Source: Promethearchaeota archaeon (GTDB lineage: Archaea > Asgardarchaeota > Lokiarchaeia > Sigyniarchaeales > SOKP01). From it: 64,000 bases of DNA. Shown piece by piece: positions 31,414-42,814 of the stretch (its first letter is position 1; the number at the start of each line of letters is the position of its first letter). The notes beneath the pieces were generated by a model. That model saw nothing but the letters and a program-made list of their open reading frames with translations, was not told the origin of the DNA and made no database searches. The DNA lies in the NCBI GenBank assembly GCA_019058365.1, contig JAHPZE010000002.1, positions 192,001 through 256,000 on the forward strand, given 5' to 3'. The translations under genes and the position numbers were made by a program.

Positions 31414-31574
31414 TATTAGAACACCTATTCTATCAATATGATCTTATTGATAGAATAATTTCATTAAATGCTATAATATGGAGATAATATCATTTTTCTA
31501 TCAAATATAGCATTATTGGTTTTAAAATTTATTTCAATCCTATTTATTTAGTGCTTACAAAAAGGAAAATATGG

Positions 31575-32552
31575 TTATTTGTGGTTTTTCTTTAATGATA
31601 TTCCAAGGTTAAGATTTTCTACAAGTTCGCTAAAGCGGTTTCGAACGGTAACTTCAGTTACACAACTAATATTAGCAATTTTTCTTTGAGTTCTTCGCTC
31701 ATTGGTTAAAATACATGCAGCATAAATTGCTGCGGCACAAACACCCGTTGGACCTCTTCCAGAGGTTAAACCACGTTCCTCAGCAATCCTGATTATAACT
31801 TTTGCCATTTTCTGGCATTCTGTAGTCAATTCTAATTCTGAAATAAATCTTATAAGAAAATCTATAGGCTTAGTTGGATTTAAATTCAATTCCAATTCTT
31901 TTGATATGAATCTGAAAGAGCGACCAATTTCTTTCTTATCTACTCTCGCTACTTCAGCTATCTCATTTAAGGTACGTGGAACCTTGTACATTCTACACGC
32001 GGCATATAGACTTGCAGCGGCTACCCCTTCAATACTTCTACCCCTTATTAAATGTGCTTCAACCGCATCTCGGTATATTTTAGCTGAACATTCTCTTAAA
32101 TTCTTTTGAAGATCCAAGTTTGAAGCCATTCGGTCAAGTTCGCTTAATGCAAACGTAAGGTTTCGTTCAGTAGCATCAGATACTCTTATACGACTTTGCC
32201 ATTTGCGAAGTCTATAAATTTGACCCCTCAATTTAGCAGGTATTTCTTTCCCAAAAATATCTCTATTTTTCCAGTCAATCATAGTACTAAGCCCTTTATC
32301 GTGTATCATATAAGTCATAGGCGCTCCCGTTCTTGTTCTCTTCTTTTTCTGATCAGCATCGAAAGCTCTCCATTCTGGTCCGCGATCAATATATTTTTCT
32401 GAATGAACTAAACCACATTCTTCACAGACTATTAATCCTCTATTTTCATCAAAAAACATGTTTTTTCCGCATTCTGTACATATATTATTTTCTGTATGAG
32501 AAAAATCTTCTGATTCTGCTTTCACTTCTTTCCAATTTGAAATAAAACACAC
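31575..32552 (-). CDS. tfb: Transcription initiation factor IIB (likely start ATT at 32543)
   Basis: Zn ribbon, GPEWRAF, HDKGLST, two cyclin repeats. Confidence 0.96.
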   Translation of the reverse strand: MCFISNWKEVKAESEDFSHTENNICTECGKNMFFDENRGLIVCEECGLVHSEKYIDRGPEWRAFDADQKKKRTRTGAPMTYMIHDKGLSTMIDWKNRDIFGKEIPAKLRGQIYRLRKWQSRIRVSDATERNLTFALSELDRMASNLDLQKNLRECSAKIYRDAVEAHLIRGRSIEGVAAASLYAACRMYKVPRTLNEIAEVARVDKKEIGRSFRFISKELELNLNPTKPIDFLIRFISELELTTECQKMAKVIIRIAEERGLTSGRGPTGVCAAAIYAACILTNERRTQRKIANISCVTEVTVRNRFSELVENLNLGISLKKNHK

Positions 32553-32597
32553 CTTTTTTTAAAAAAATTCTTCTCTCTTAAAAGATCATTTAAAATG

Positions 32598-32849
32598 CTA
32601 GGTTATCCTAGTGAAAAGTTTATCATTAGGGTCAAATGGTTGATTTGGTAATGCTTTAATTGAGATGAAAGGGAGCTTTATGGGGCCAAAAACATCTCTA
32701 ACGTAAGCGATCTTGACATATTTCTCGTTGTAGATCGACTTCTTAATAATTTGTTCTAATTTATTATTCCATTGTTTCGCTCTAAAGATGTGATGGTTCT
32801 TAGTTGATTGTCCAATATAGAAAAAGTTCAATTTAACCCAGTTTTTCAA
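32598..32849 (-). CDS. gar1: H/ACA RNP subunit Gar1
   Basis: VRDVFGPIKLPFISIK; conserved position upstream of tfb. Confidence 0.8.
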   Translation of the reverse strand: MKNWVKLNFFYIGQSTKNHHIFRAKQWNNKLEQIIKKSIYNEKYVKIAYVRDVFGPIKLPFISIKALPNQPFDPNDKLFTRIT

Positions 32850-33241
32850 GAGATCCCCTAACTAAGTGGATGAAATTTAAAATAAATGATGGTTGTTAAT
32901 ATTTAAATATAATGGTTTTTATTTCCCACCAATACAAAATGGTAAATTAAGGGATTAATAATCTAAAAAGAATTTTATTGAAAAATTCCCTAAAAAAAGA
33001 ATATGAGTAATTTTTTTAGGTTTGGGATTTTTAGGGAGATAATCTACATTTTTTAATATGACTATCTGATATTTGAGGTTTCCTTTTAAAAACATTGGAT
33101 AAATATGTAGCTAATTAGATATAAAATATAAAAGTGATCTGACTTAATATTAAGATTTTTTTCTCATTTAACATAAATTTTAAAAATTCATAGCTATAAT
33201 CTTTACAAAATTAAGTTTTTATATCTTTTTAGTGAATATGA

Positions 33242-34450
33242 ATGAAATCAAATGATAAAGTAAAAAATCTATTTTTAATTATCCTAGGAATTGTTCTCGC
33301 CTTTACCTTAATATCTAGCAGAGATCTTAATATCAAAACGGGAAATTACAGAAATCAAGTAAAGATAGATATATTAAAAACATCATTAATATCTGGAAGA
33401 ATTCATATTGACAATAATTGGTCTGATGCAAAGTTCGCGGGGATCTGTACTGGTTCTGGTAATTCTTCCGATCCTTATGTTATAGAAGATTTGGTTATAG
33501 ATGGTGGAGGTGCAGGAAGTTGTATCCTTATTGAAAACTCAGAAGACTACTTTAAAATAGAAAATTGCACTATATCCAACTGTGGAAGTGTTTTTTACGA
33601 TTCGGGTATTAAATTAATTTCAGTAAATAATGGCAATTTATCTAACAACCGTGCTTTAAATCTTGATTCTTTTGGGCTCGTTATGTATGAAAGTAACAAT
33701 ACTATCGTTGTAAATAATATGTTTAGTGGTGAACGTGGCATCTCGATTCAATTTTCTAAAAATGATGTTATATATTTCAATCAGTTTATTGGTAGTACGT
33801 TCTCAGTTGAAACTCATTATTGTACTAATAATAGATGGAGTTCACTAGAACAAATAGAATATTTTTATAGTAGTAATACATATAAGAATTACCTCGGTAA
33901 CTATTATCAGGATTACAATGAACTTGATAATAACAATGATGGGATTGGAGATACTCCAATGATCTTAGATCAACATCTACCCTCATCTGAATGGATTTAT
34001 CTTGACTATTATCCATTGATTGCTCATATACAGTATTATGAGCTTTCTGTAGAGATTCAACCTCCTGATGCTTTTGTGTTATCATCTAATGCGGGAACTC
34101 CCGAAACAGATGGAAATTTTACTTTAACCTGGACTATTGCTGATAGAGCCTCAAATTATTCTGTTTATCAACACTCTGGGGTAATAACTGACATAAATGA
34201 TAGCCTAACGATACTATTAAATGAAACCATAGATCTTTCGCTTGCATTAACGGATTATCCTCTAGGTATTTATTATTTTATAGTTGTTGCTCGTAATAAT
34301 TATGGGCAAAGTATTTCAAATAATGTAAAGATCGAAATAGAAAGTCCTAATGAAGGCAACCCTACTGTTTTCGGATATAATATGTTCATTTTAATCAGTA
34401 TTATTTGCTTAATCTCAGTGATTCTAACTAAGAAGCTAAAAAAGCCTTAA
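33242..34450 (+). CDS. NosD/CASH beta-helix surface protein with C-terminal sorting anchor
   Basis: Signal peptide, GSG..SDPYVIE, DGIGDTP, GYN-TM-KKLKK tail. Confidence 0.8.
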   Translation: MKSNDKVKNLFLIILGIVLAFTLISSRDLNIKTGNYRNQVKIDILKTSLISGRIHIDNNWSDAKFAGICTGSGNSSDPYVIEDLVIDGGGAGSCILIENSEDYFKIENCTISNCGSVFYDSGIKLISVNNGNLSNNRALNLDSFGLVMYESNNTIVVNNMFSGERGISIQFSKNDVIYFNQFIGSTFSVETHYCTNNRWSSLEQIEYFYSSNTYKNYLGNYYQDYNELDNNNDGIGDTPMILDQHLPSSEWIYLDYYPLIAHIQYYELSVEIQPPDAFVLSSNAGTPETDGNFTLTWTIADRASNYSVYQHSGVITDINDSLTILLNETIDLSLALTDYPLGIYYFIVVARNNYGQSISNNVKIEIESPNEGNPTVFGYNMFILISIICLISVILTKKLKKP

Positions 34451-34754
34451 GATAAAATTATATAAAGTTTTATTCTATATTCATTGTCATCCTATAAGTT
34501 GTTTATTTTGTGGTAATTTTATTTCATTTTTCCGGACTTAATTTAAAATGCTCAATTTAATAAATCTGATCAATTTATTAATATAATTATTTCTTCTATT
34601 CAATCTTTTAATCAAAATCTTTGTTGATTAGATACTAACACATTGCTTTAATCGACAGTCCGAATTCTTCTAAAGTTACTCATTATTGAATAAAAAGAAT
34701 CAATATAATAAACCCCATATACTTTTGAGATTTTCATTTCTTAAGCATAATTTT

Positions 34755-35855
34755 TCAGTCAAAAACTTTCTTCAAGTTATACTTTTTCTTACAGGTACAT
34801 TCATATCCATTTTGATCTAACTCGCTCAAATCCTGAGAGAGAACGAAATGTTTAAGTCTTTCTTTTGCTGAAATTTCGCATTCTCTTTTTAAGCAATTAT
34901 GGATCCCTCTTTTTGTTCCCGCTCCAGAAGGATCAGATAAAATACGTAAATTTTTTAAATTTTCTTGGGTTAAAGACTTTTTTAAGCATTTAAATAATGA
35001 ATAAAACCAAGGAGGTCTATAGCGATTTTGAAACCATAAATATTCTGCAAGAGTTCCTTTTTGTATATTCAATGGGTTAATTGATATTGAATTCACGTTT
35101 AGTTCTACTAATTTTTTTATAGATTGGGAACAATCATCAATCGCTGCTTGTTCATTCATGAATGGAGGTTTCAGTAAAAGATAAACTCTTACTCCAATAT
35201 TATATTCTTTTAATCGCTGTAACGTACTTTTAAAATCCTTGAATACAACTCCTTTATTTATATAGTTGTTTCTAATATAATCATCAACAGTTTCAAGCCC
35301 AATAGCAATTTCTAAGTATTTTTTATCAAAAAATTCTCTAATTTCTTCTAATTTTTCTACCGTTATGTATTCTAACCGTGATTCTATAACAAACTCCTTA
35401 AATTTTTCTACTTTTGAGATTTTTTCATAGATGTAGTTTCTAGCTTCTTGTGGTATTTCATTTTCATCCAAGAAGCTTCCAGAATTGTAAATTTTAAAAA
35501 TATAATTATGAGGGTCTTGTTTGATTTCATTTATCTTATTATTATAAGCATAATCAAATTGATTAATAAGTTGGGTAGTTGAAACCTCTTCATTTACAGC
35601 ATCCAAATAATATCCACACATGGAACACCCTCCATGTTCACTTGCACCCCAACTGCATCCCTTTGATCGTAAAATAATCGTAAATTCTTTTCCAATTTCC
35701 TCTCTAAGTCTATCTTCTTTTATCCAAAAACTAATTGGTCGCTCTATTACCTCTAATCCATATTTGATTCTCTTTTTTAAAGCTTCCCATCTAATCGAGT
35801 TAATCTTCTCAACAATTGGTTTATTATCTTTAAAAAAAGTATTATTTCCATTCAT
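34755..35855 (-). CDS. raSEA: Archaeosine biosynthesis radical SAM enzyme RaSEA
   Basis: GCSW...GGCSMCGY, SGSFLD, YRPPW, RGIHNC; overlaps arcS. Confidence 0.9.
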   Translation of the reverse strand: MNGNNTFFKDNKPIVEKINSIRWEALKKRIKYGLEVIERPISFWIKEDRLREEIGKEFTIILRSKGCSWGASEHGGCSMCGYYLDAVNEEVSTTQLINQFDYAYNNKINEIKQDPHNYIFKIYNSGSFLDENEIPQEARNYIYEKISKVEKFKEFVIESRLEYITVEKLEEIREFFDKKYLEIAIGLETVDDYIRNNYINKGVVFKDFKSTLQRLKEYNIGVRVYLLLKPPFMNEQAAIDDCSQSIKKLVELNVNSISINPLNIQKGTLAEYLWFQNRYRPPWFYSLFKCLKKSLTQENLKNLRILSDPSGAGTKRGIHNCLKRECEISAKERLKHFVLSQDLSELDQNGYECTCKKKYNLKKVFD

Positions 35856-37932
35856 TTATTTTTACAATTCTCCCACTTTTAGAATTTTTGATAAAATTAG
35901 AGCCAACTAATAATACTCCACTTCCTAAAATTTTTTTTTTTCCTTTATCTAATATGACGACTTGATTATTAGGAATGAGATCTAAACTATAATCTAACAC
36001 TCCTGCTCGAAATAATGTATTTCCTTGTAATTCTTCACCGTCAAAGACAATATAGTTTGAATTTATAGAACTATAAGATTTAAATAACCTTTTAAGTCCA
36101 TTAAGTGTTAATTCTATTTGCCCTGTTGAGTGTTTAAAAACTCCTAACTTTTCATTAGTTTTTAGGTCCTTCAAATCAATCTGATCATTAAATCTAATTC
36201 GAATCGGTTTTAGGCCATTAGTAATAATATTAATACCCGCATTTGTACCAAATTGATAATCTAGGATTTTCATAAATTTTCTAATCCATGTTTTTGAGTA
36301 ATTCTCACTTTCCAAATAATTTTTTTTAGGTTGAAATTTATCCTTAAACTTCATAATTAAGCTCTCTAAAGATTGAAGTGATTTAATAGAAGTTGTTTTA
36401 TCAGAGATTTCAGAGAAAAGAAAATTATGTGGTAATTTAGAAGAAGCGCTGTTTACGATTTCGAGATATTCATTTTTTAAATGGCAAATAATAGGTATAT
36501 TTGGGTCATATTTTTCTATTAATTTAATAAGCATTTCTGATGCAATATTTATTTCTTCACTATCCCATTCCCCAGTAACAGAAATATCGTAAGAATTAAC
36601 GGGATAAACATTTTCTAACTGTCTAGGAATACACCCAAGAGGAGAGGTTAAGATCATTTCTTGAAAAGTAGGAAATTCTGGAAATTTTCTAGTACTATTA
36701 TAAAACTTCTTATGAGATTTGGATTCTGAATATGGTTTCTTAGCTGAACATGGTAGTAAAATAATTAATGTTGTCCAAGGTTCAGGTTCAAAATTTTTGA
36801 TTGTTCTTTCCCTAAACTGCTTGAAATCTGGTCTATTATATGACAATGGTCCGATTAATCTTATTTTTTTACTTTTTTGCCTTATCGGAGTTTCATATTT
36901 AATAATATCAAAATATTCTTTATCTAAAATCTTTAACATCGAAATTAAGTTTGTATCATCAAAAGAAGACTTTTCCACAAATGCTCGAAAATCTTCGTAA
37001 TTCAGGTATTGTTTGGTTTTATTCATATAATTATTTGCCGTAATTAGATTATGTAAGCTTAATAAATCAATCTTTTCAGAAGAATGTTTATTATATGATA
37101 TGTTAATCAAATTACCTTTACACGCTATGCATGAACATGGAAAATATTTTATTTTATATATCGGTAATAGATATTCTATCGTATCATAGAAATTCTCCGC
37201 AGATAAAAACAATAAATATGAAGAATCAATTAGATCTATTCCTAGGTAAATTAGTAATGGATAATATTTCGGAATTATTCTTCCAGAAGCCATAATAATT
37301 ATATTATTATCCAATTCTAGTTTTATTTTAATTATAATTTTCAAAATATTTCGATAATTGCTGATATTATCAAAAACATCCGCTAAATTAACAATTTTTA
37401 TATTTTCAAATTGTTTAACAATTGGAATATAAAGATCTAATAAATCAACATAATCAAATATTTTTATAGTTAAACCAAAATTTAGTTGTGGATGATTATT
37501 CAATATTCTTTCTGTATTTAAAAGATAATTTTTTACTTCTTTTGTAGCAAATTCTTTAGTAATACTAGTAGTGGGAATATTGAATGGAATAAGTGATATT
37601 ATATTATCTTTGGAAAATACATTGCTATTATTTATTAATATTTCTTGAAATTTTTGTAGAGTACCAGGATATGTAAATAAAAATCCAGTATTTCTGAATT
37701 TCTCCCATATAAAACCAATTTTCAAGAAAAATTCTTTAGAAATTGTAAATAAATCATGATTCTCAAATTCTTGAATAAAACTAAATTGTTTCATTAATGA
37801 ACTTTTTATAGGTATAATTATGTTAGGTGTAGTAATAAATAATTTGCGTTCTTTAGAAAAGATGATTCGTCCAATTCTAGAATAACCAATCTTACTTGAT
37901 AATACTTCAAAGAAATATTTCATTATTTTCAA
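35842..37932 (-). CDS. arcS: Archaeosine synthase alpha subunit ArcS (TGT-like, DUF5591, PUA)
   Basis: CSCIAC, LLPCSAKKPYSESKSH, TSPLG.IPR.LE, YD.SVTG.W. Confidence 0.9.
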   Translation of the reverse strand: MKIMKYFFEVLSSKIGYSRIGRIIFSKERKLFITTPNIIIPIKSSLMKQFSFIQEFENHDLFTISKEFFLKIGFIWEKFRNTGFLFTYPGTLQKFQEILINNSNVFSKDNIISLIPFNIPTTSITKEFATKEVKNYLLNTERILNNHPQLNFGLTIKIFDYVDLLDLYIPIVKQFENIKIVNLADVFDNISNYRNILKIIIKIKLELDNNIIIMASGRIIPKYYPLLIYLGIDLIDSSYLLFLSAENFYDTIEYLLPIYKIKYFPCSCIACKGNLINISYNKHSSEKIDLLSLHNLITANNYMNKTKQYLNYEDFRAFVEKSSFDDTNLISMLKILDKEYFDIIKYETPIRQKSKKIRLIGPLSYNRPDFKQFRERTIKNFEPEPWTTLIILLPCSAKKPYSESKSHKKFYNSTRKFPEFPTFQEMILTSPLGCIPRQLENVYPVNSYDISVTGEWDSEEINIASEMLIKLIEKYDPNIPIICHLKNEYLEIVNSASSKLPHNFLFSEISDKTTSIKSLQSLESLIMKFKDKFQPKKNYLESENYSKTWIRKFMKILDYQFGTNAGINIITNGLKPIRIRFNDQIDLKDLKTNEKLGVFKHSTGQIELTLNGLKRLFKSYSSINSNYIVFDGEELQGNTLFRAGVLDYSLDLIPNNQVVILDKGKKKILGSGVLLVGSNFIKNSKSGRIVKINEWK

Positions 37933-38079
37933 TAAAAGGTATTATTTTTTTGTATAAATTATTTCACTATAAATTAAGATATTTCTCAAAATTATTAAGA
38001 ATTTAGACAATTGAAGTCATTATTATTCTTGAAATTTTTTACTTTTTAGAGTTAATTTAATGGTTGTAAATAATCTAAA

Positions 38080-39042
38080 CTAAAAAATAAAGAAATTTGT
38101 ATAGGGTTTTAACTCATCTAAAACAAAATTAGTATATGTATCTTCTATCTCTTCAGAAGTGTATAGGTCCCTAATAAAAATAGCATAATCTTCAATCCTC
38201 TTAACTCTCACAATTGCAAATAATCCATATTGTTCTCCCATCCTAAATAAATCTGTGATAAATTGGTTTTTTTCTAAATTCAATGCAATTTCATTATATT
38301 TGGAAGGATCTTTAGGTTTAATACGAACAAGATATTTTCCTTTATAACCTACTTTTTTAGGAGAAAAATTAATAGAATAATTGAGTATAATACCATTTAC
38401 CTCAAGTTTTTTTATTCTATTATGTATTGTTGATTGAGAAAATTCAATATTATATTGATTTTTCATTATATCCCGAATCTCATATGTTGATATTGGTTTC
38501 TTTTCTTGTTCTTCTTGCAATATTTTTAATATCAAAGAATCATTTCTGTCCATTGTAAATTCAGAATTTAAATCCACCTCATCTATTTTGATGCCATTAG
38601 TCTTAAACACTCGTATTGTCTCAAGTATCTGATACTTCTTAAAATAAGATTCAGCCATGATATTATCAATTTTTTCCAGTCCTTCATGATAGTCTTTAGT
38701 AGATTTAAAAACGAATAGAGCTATTAAAGAGAATTCTCCTAAGATTCCATCAAGCATTTTTAAATGTGGAATTTTTAACAGTTTTTCCAATATTTGAGGT
38801 TCTCTAGGATTAGTTTTAATTTCTAGAATAACATATTTTAGATTATCTGGCTGGATGTAAGGATGAATATTAATTGTAATATTTTCAATTATTTCTTGTT
38901 TTCTTAGGAGCTCAATCTTGTTATGAATTGTTTGTCGTGTAAGGCCTAAAGCTTTTACATTTTTCGAAACATAAAATTTCGATCTTCCACCAAACATTCT
39001 AATTAATTGAAGAGCTGCTGCTCTATCAGTAGAATTAATCAT
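38080..39042 (-). CDS. Tandem Lrp/AsnC-family regulator
   Basis: Two HTH plus RAM repeats; divergent from ahcY. Confidence 0.82.
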   Translation of the reverse strand: MINSTDRAAALQLIRMFGGRSKFYVSKNVKALGLTRQTIHNKIELLRKQEIIENITINIHPYIQPDNLKYVILEIKTNPREPQILEKLLKIPHLKMLDGILGEFSLIALFVFKSTKDYHEGLEKIDNIMAESYFKKYQILETIRVFKTNGIKIDEVDLNSEFTMDRNDSLILKILQEEQEKKPISTYEIRDIMKNQYNIEFSQSTIHNRIKKLEVNGIILNYSINFSPKKVGYKGKYLVRIKPKDPSKYNEIALNLEKNQFITDLFRMGEQYGLFAIVRVKRIEDYAIFIRDLYTSEEIEDTYTNFVLDELKPYTNFFIF

Positions 39043-39175
39043 TTCATTACAATTTATTATTTGTTAATAAATATAATAAATTAATTGTTAAATAAAGATT
39101 TAAATTTTTATATATTTAATGAAAAAAAGATTAATAAATTAATTATTACTAAAATTAATATTATTATAAACAATT

Positions 39176-40456
39176 GTGAAATTTTCTATGGTAAATTATA
39201 AAATAGCTGATGAAAGTTTAGCAGAAAAAGGTAAAGAAGCTCTATATATAGCTGAAAATAAAATGCCTGTAACTGCTAAAGTTATTCGTAAAAGATTTGA
39301 AAAAGAGAAACCGTTAAAAAATATAACGATCGCCGGTTGTTTGCACGTAACAAAAGAAACTGGGATTCTTGCTCGAACCTTGAAAGCTGGAGGAGCTGAA
39401 GTATATCTCTGTGGGAGTAATCCATTATCAACCCAAGATGATGTAACAGCAGCATTGATACAGGAAGGAATTAATGTTTTTGCATGGCATGGCAATACTG
39501 ATGAGGAATTCTATTGGTGTATAAAGCAATGTTTAAAAGCTAAGCCAAATATTTTAATTGATGATGGTGGTGATATGATTGTTACTGCTCATCAAGAATA
39601 TCCAGATCTTATATCCTCTGGAACTATAATCGCTTGTCAAGAAGAAACTACCACAGGTGTTAAGAGATTTAGAGCTATGGATAAAAAAGGAGTTCTAAAA
39701 GTGCCACTTTTTCCTGTTAATGATGCCAGATGCAAAAATCAATTTGATAATGAACTAGGAACAGGGCAAGGTATAGTATCTGCAATTTATGGAATGCATG
39801 TTCTTTTTGCAGGCAAAAACGTAGTTATCGGTGGATATGGTCATTGTAGTTCAGGTATGGCACTCAGAGCGCGGGGATTAGGTGCGATCGTAACTGTTAC
39901 AGAAGTTGACCCAATAAAGGCATTACAAGCCGTATTTGCAGGATTTAGAGTTCAAAAAATCGAAGATACGCTCCCTAATGCTGAAATAATTTTAACCGCA
40001 ACTGGTTGTAAACATGTTATTCCTCCAACGATAGAGATGTTCGATAAGTTGAAGAATGGCGTCATTCTTGGTAATCTTGGACACTTCGATATTGAGATCC
40101 CCACAAAAGAACTCTATGAATATGCAAAAGAAATTAAACCAATTAGACAAAACGTAGAAGAATTAATTTTTCCTAATGGTAAAAAAGTCTATCTCCTAGC
40201 TAAAGGACGATTAGCTAATTTAGTCTTATCAGAAGGTCATCCAAGTGAAGTTATGGACATGTCATTTGCCCTTCAATCCTTAATGTCGGAATATATCGTA
40301 AAAAATAAAGATTCCCTAAAACCAGGTATGCTTGAGGTTCCAACTGATATTGATGATAAAGTTGGATTTCTCAAATTAAAATCAATGGGTATTGAAATCG
40401 ATAAATTATCCGAAGAACAATACAATTATATTCATGGATTTCTCGAAGGTACCTGA
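39176..40456 (+). CDS. ahcY: S-adenosylhomocysteine hydrolase
   Basis: CLHVTKET, SNPLSTQD, EETTTG, GHFDIE, GHPSEVMDMSF. Confidence 0.95.
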   Translation: MKFSMVNYKIADESLAEKGKEALYIAENKMPVTAKVIRKRFEKEKPLKNITIAGCLHVTKETGILARTLKAGGAEVYLCGSNPLSTQDDVTAALIQEGINVFAWHGNTDEEFYWCIKQCLKAKPNILIDDGGDMIVTAHQEYPDLISSGTIIACQEETTTGVKRFRAMDKKGVLKVPLFPVNDARCKNQFDNELGTGQGIVSAIYGMHVLFAGKNVVIGGYGHCSSGMALRARGLGAIVTVTEVDPIKALQAVFAGFRVQKIEDTLPNAEIILTATGCKHVIPPTIEMFDKLKNGVILGNLGHFDIEIPTKELYEYAKEIKPIRQNVEELIFPNGKKVYLLAKGRLANLVLSEGHPSEVMDMSFALQSLMSEYIVKNKDSLKPGMLEVPTDIDDKVGFLKLKSMGIEIDKLSEEQYNYIHGFLEGT

Positions 40457-40485
40457 AATAATTAATTTTTATTTAATTTTTTTAA

Positions 40486-40557
40486 TTCTATACTTTAGGG
40501 TTTAAAATGTCATCAGCAGGGATATTTTTTCTCCGTAAACTTCGAAAACAAGATTTC
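40486..40557 (-). repeat. Degenerate duplicate of ArsA/Get3 gene 3' end (att-like direct repeat)
   Basis: Matches 42813-42882 with 5 substitutions and a 2-nt insertion. Confidence 0.9.
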
Positions 40558-40749
40558 CACAATACTTTTTACTTTTTTCCTTTTAGTCTAGTCTATATAT
40601 TTATAAATTCGCATCTGCTTCGGTAAAACACATTTTGCATAGGTTATGCAAGTAATAATGTACTCAATTTTCATGAAGGAGGAGGAAATGAGAGTTTTAG
40701 CTTGATGTGTCTGTTTTTCTATGTTCTAATTTATAGAATTATAATATAG

Positions 40750-41538
40750 TTAAATATATTCATTCATTTTTTTTATCACAATTTTTTTAAAAAATTTCAA
40801 TTTCTTTAAGTATTTGAATCCTGGTACTGCGATAATTTCTTGATTACATGCTTTTTGTATCTTCTTAGTTATATAACCTTTTACTGCAATCTCTTTTCCA
40901 GCGAGTTTGAAGCTTTCGTGAATTTTTATAATGCGAGGGAACTTTAATTCTTGTTCATGATTTATCCCCTTTCCCCCTATTTTTGACGAATTGCGGACTA
41001 ATTTGGCAATTATTCTACTGTCAAAAAATCGTTCAAATATCTTAAAGTAATTAATAATATTTTCAGCGGTTATTTTTTCAATGTTATCATATACAATTAA
41101 TGGAATAATAGGTTTCTTGGTTATTGAATCACTAACATGATGAAAAAATAATCCACTATCATTAACTCTAATTTGAGAACAATCAGCTGTACTATATAGT
41201 CTTTCAAGAAAACATTTCATTAAGGAAGACATGGTAAAAATATAGATGGGTGTTGCATAAATGATGACCTCCGCCTCTGCCATCTTTGAGAATATTTCTC
41301 TACAATCATCTTTCTCAGCATAGATACATCTTAAGTAATGTGCATCAGTTTGACAAGTATTACATCCTATACATCTTTTAATTTTTTTTTCAGATAAGTT
41401 TATGATTTCTAGTTCTGAATCGTTGCTTATGACCCCTTCTCTGATTTTATTTAATAAGAAGAAAGTATAACCTTTATTTCCACTAAAACTTCCATTTAAA
41501 GCTAATATCTTTTTAAATCCTTTTTCCATATTTTTCAT
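40750..41538 (-). CDS. Flavodoxin-like iron-sulfur flavoprotein / FMN reductase
   Basis: ILALNGS, CIGCNTC, ATPIY. Confidence 0.85.
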   Translation of the reverse strand: MKNMEKGFKKILALNGSFSGNKGYTFFLLNKIREGVISNDSELEIINLSEKKIKRCIGCNTCQTDAHYLRCIYAEKDDCREIFSKMAEAEVIIYATPIYIFTMSSLMKCFLERLYSTADCSQIRVNDSGLFFHHVSDSITKKPIIPLIVYDNIEKITAENIINYFKIFERFFDSRIIAKLVRNSSKIGGKGINHEQELKFPRIIKIHESFKLAGKEIAVKGYITKKIQKACNQEIIAVPGFKYLKKLKFFKKIVIKKMNEYI

Positions 41539-41541
41539 ATT

Positions 41542-42102
41542 TTATTTGAAATTTATCAAATCTGAAAAAATAGAAATTAATTCTGATACAGTGTAAAACT
41601 CATGTTTTTCAAAAATAATCTGAGTAATCATACCTAGTGCAAATGTTCTGATCTTGTTTATCATTGCTATTTGCCTTTCTTTAGGTAAATTGTTCAAAAT
41701 AGGGTCTCTTAAAGCCAATTTATAAACATAATCCAATCTCTGTTCAATAATCTTTTTCCGATAAGTTCGAGAAATTTGATATCCGAAAAACATTTCTCTA
41801 CAGAGTTCCATTTCGTTTTGAGCAAATTGAACGTAACCTACTCCAAGCTTGATTGCAATTGACTCGTGTGAAATCTCTTCTATTGTTTTTCTAAGCAGTT
41901 GTTGACTTTGATTTATTATTTCCTTTTTTAATTCCTTCTTTGATCCCAATTCAGAATAGATTGGCATCGTCGAGCAATTTAGCATTTTTGCGAGTTTTCG
42001 AATCGAAAATTTACCTGAACCATATATTCGAATGAATTCAAGTGCATTCTCGATAATTAGATCCTTAGTATATTCAGTTGGTCGAGGCATTATTTTGTTC
42101 AA
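41542..42102 (-). CDS. TetR/AcrR regulator (true start probably ATG at 42090)
   Basis: MPRPT...FSIRKLAKMLNCSTMPIYS HTH. Confidence 0.88.
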   Translation of the reverse strand: MNKIMPRPTEYTKDLIIENALEFIRIYGSGKFSIRKLAKMLNCSTMPIYSELGSKKELKKEIINQSQQLLRKTIEEISHESIAIKLGVGYVQFAQNEMELCREMFFGYQISRTYRKKIIEQRLDYVYKLALRDPILNNLPKERQIAMINKIRTFALGMITQIIFEKHEFYTVSELISIFSDLINFK

Positions 42103-42128
42103 ATAACACTGTTATATAACATTGTTAT
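42103..42128. promoter_or_regulatory. Tandem palindromic operator ATAACA-N-TGTTAT x2
   Basis: Perfect 6-1-6 palindromes at 42103-42115 and 42116-42128, just upstream of tetR. Confidence 0.75.
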
Positions 42129-42277
42129 ATTTCAATCAATATAAATTTTTCCTTTTTCGTAATAAATGGAAGAGTTAGGAGATTTCAAAATATCTCACCG
42201 GCTAATTTAGTCTTTAGAAGAGACTTAAAATTAATTAAATCTTTAATTTTAATTATTCCATATTAAATCATGATTAA

Positions 42278-42793
42278 GTGTTAAATATGAAAGAAAATAT
42301 AGAATTAGAATTAGAAGAATTAATGGAATTGATGAGATATGCTTTTCTCAGATTGGACGGTGCGTGGTTCATGGCTTCAGTTGAAAAATTCGGTTTGAAG
42401 AATGCGACAGAATTAGATATAAAAGCATGGGAGATGTTTTCTGAAAGGTTGGGAAAGAAAATTGCTTCAATAACAAACTTGAAAGGTAATTTATCTCAAA
42501 CTTTGCCAAAACTGATGAAAATCCAACATACACTCATGAATATGAATTCAGAAATAGAAGTTATTAATGAGAGCAAAATGATTCACAGAGTTTTAGAATG
42601 TGAAGTTTGGAGAATGGTTCAGAAAGTATGGACTCAGGATGCAATTCCTTGTCACAAGGTTACACTAGCAAGTATTAGGGGTTTGCTAAAGGGAGCTTTT
42701 CCAGAAAAAGAGTTTATTTTAAAACATAAGAAGAAAATCCCTTTGGGAGATCCTTGTTGTGAGATTGAAATTTCCATTAAAAGCAATAATTAA
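42278..42793 (+). CDS. DUF6125 / V4R-like protein
   Basis: LDGAWF, C...PC...CC pattern. Confidence 0.65.
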   Translation: MLNMKENIELELEELMELMRYAFLRLDGAWFMASVEKFGLKNATELDIKAWEMFSERLGKKIASITNLKGNLSQTLPKLMKIQHTLMNMNSEIEVINESKMIHRVLECEVWRMVQKVWTQDAIPCHKVTLASIRGLLKGAFPEKEFILKHKKKIPLGDPCCEIEISIKSNN

Positions 42794-42814
42794 AGTATTT
42801 TTATAAAAATTTTT

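Noticed and set aside
40635-40651. TTGCATA-GGT-TATGCAA palindrome as a dif/Xer site
   Set aside because: Spacer and arms too short for the 11-6-11 dif layout
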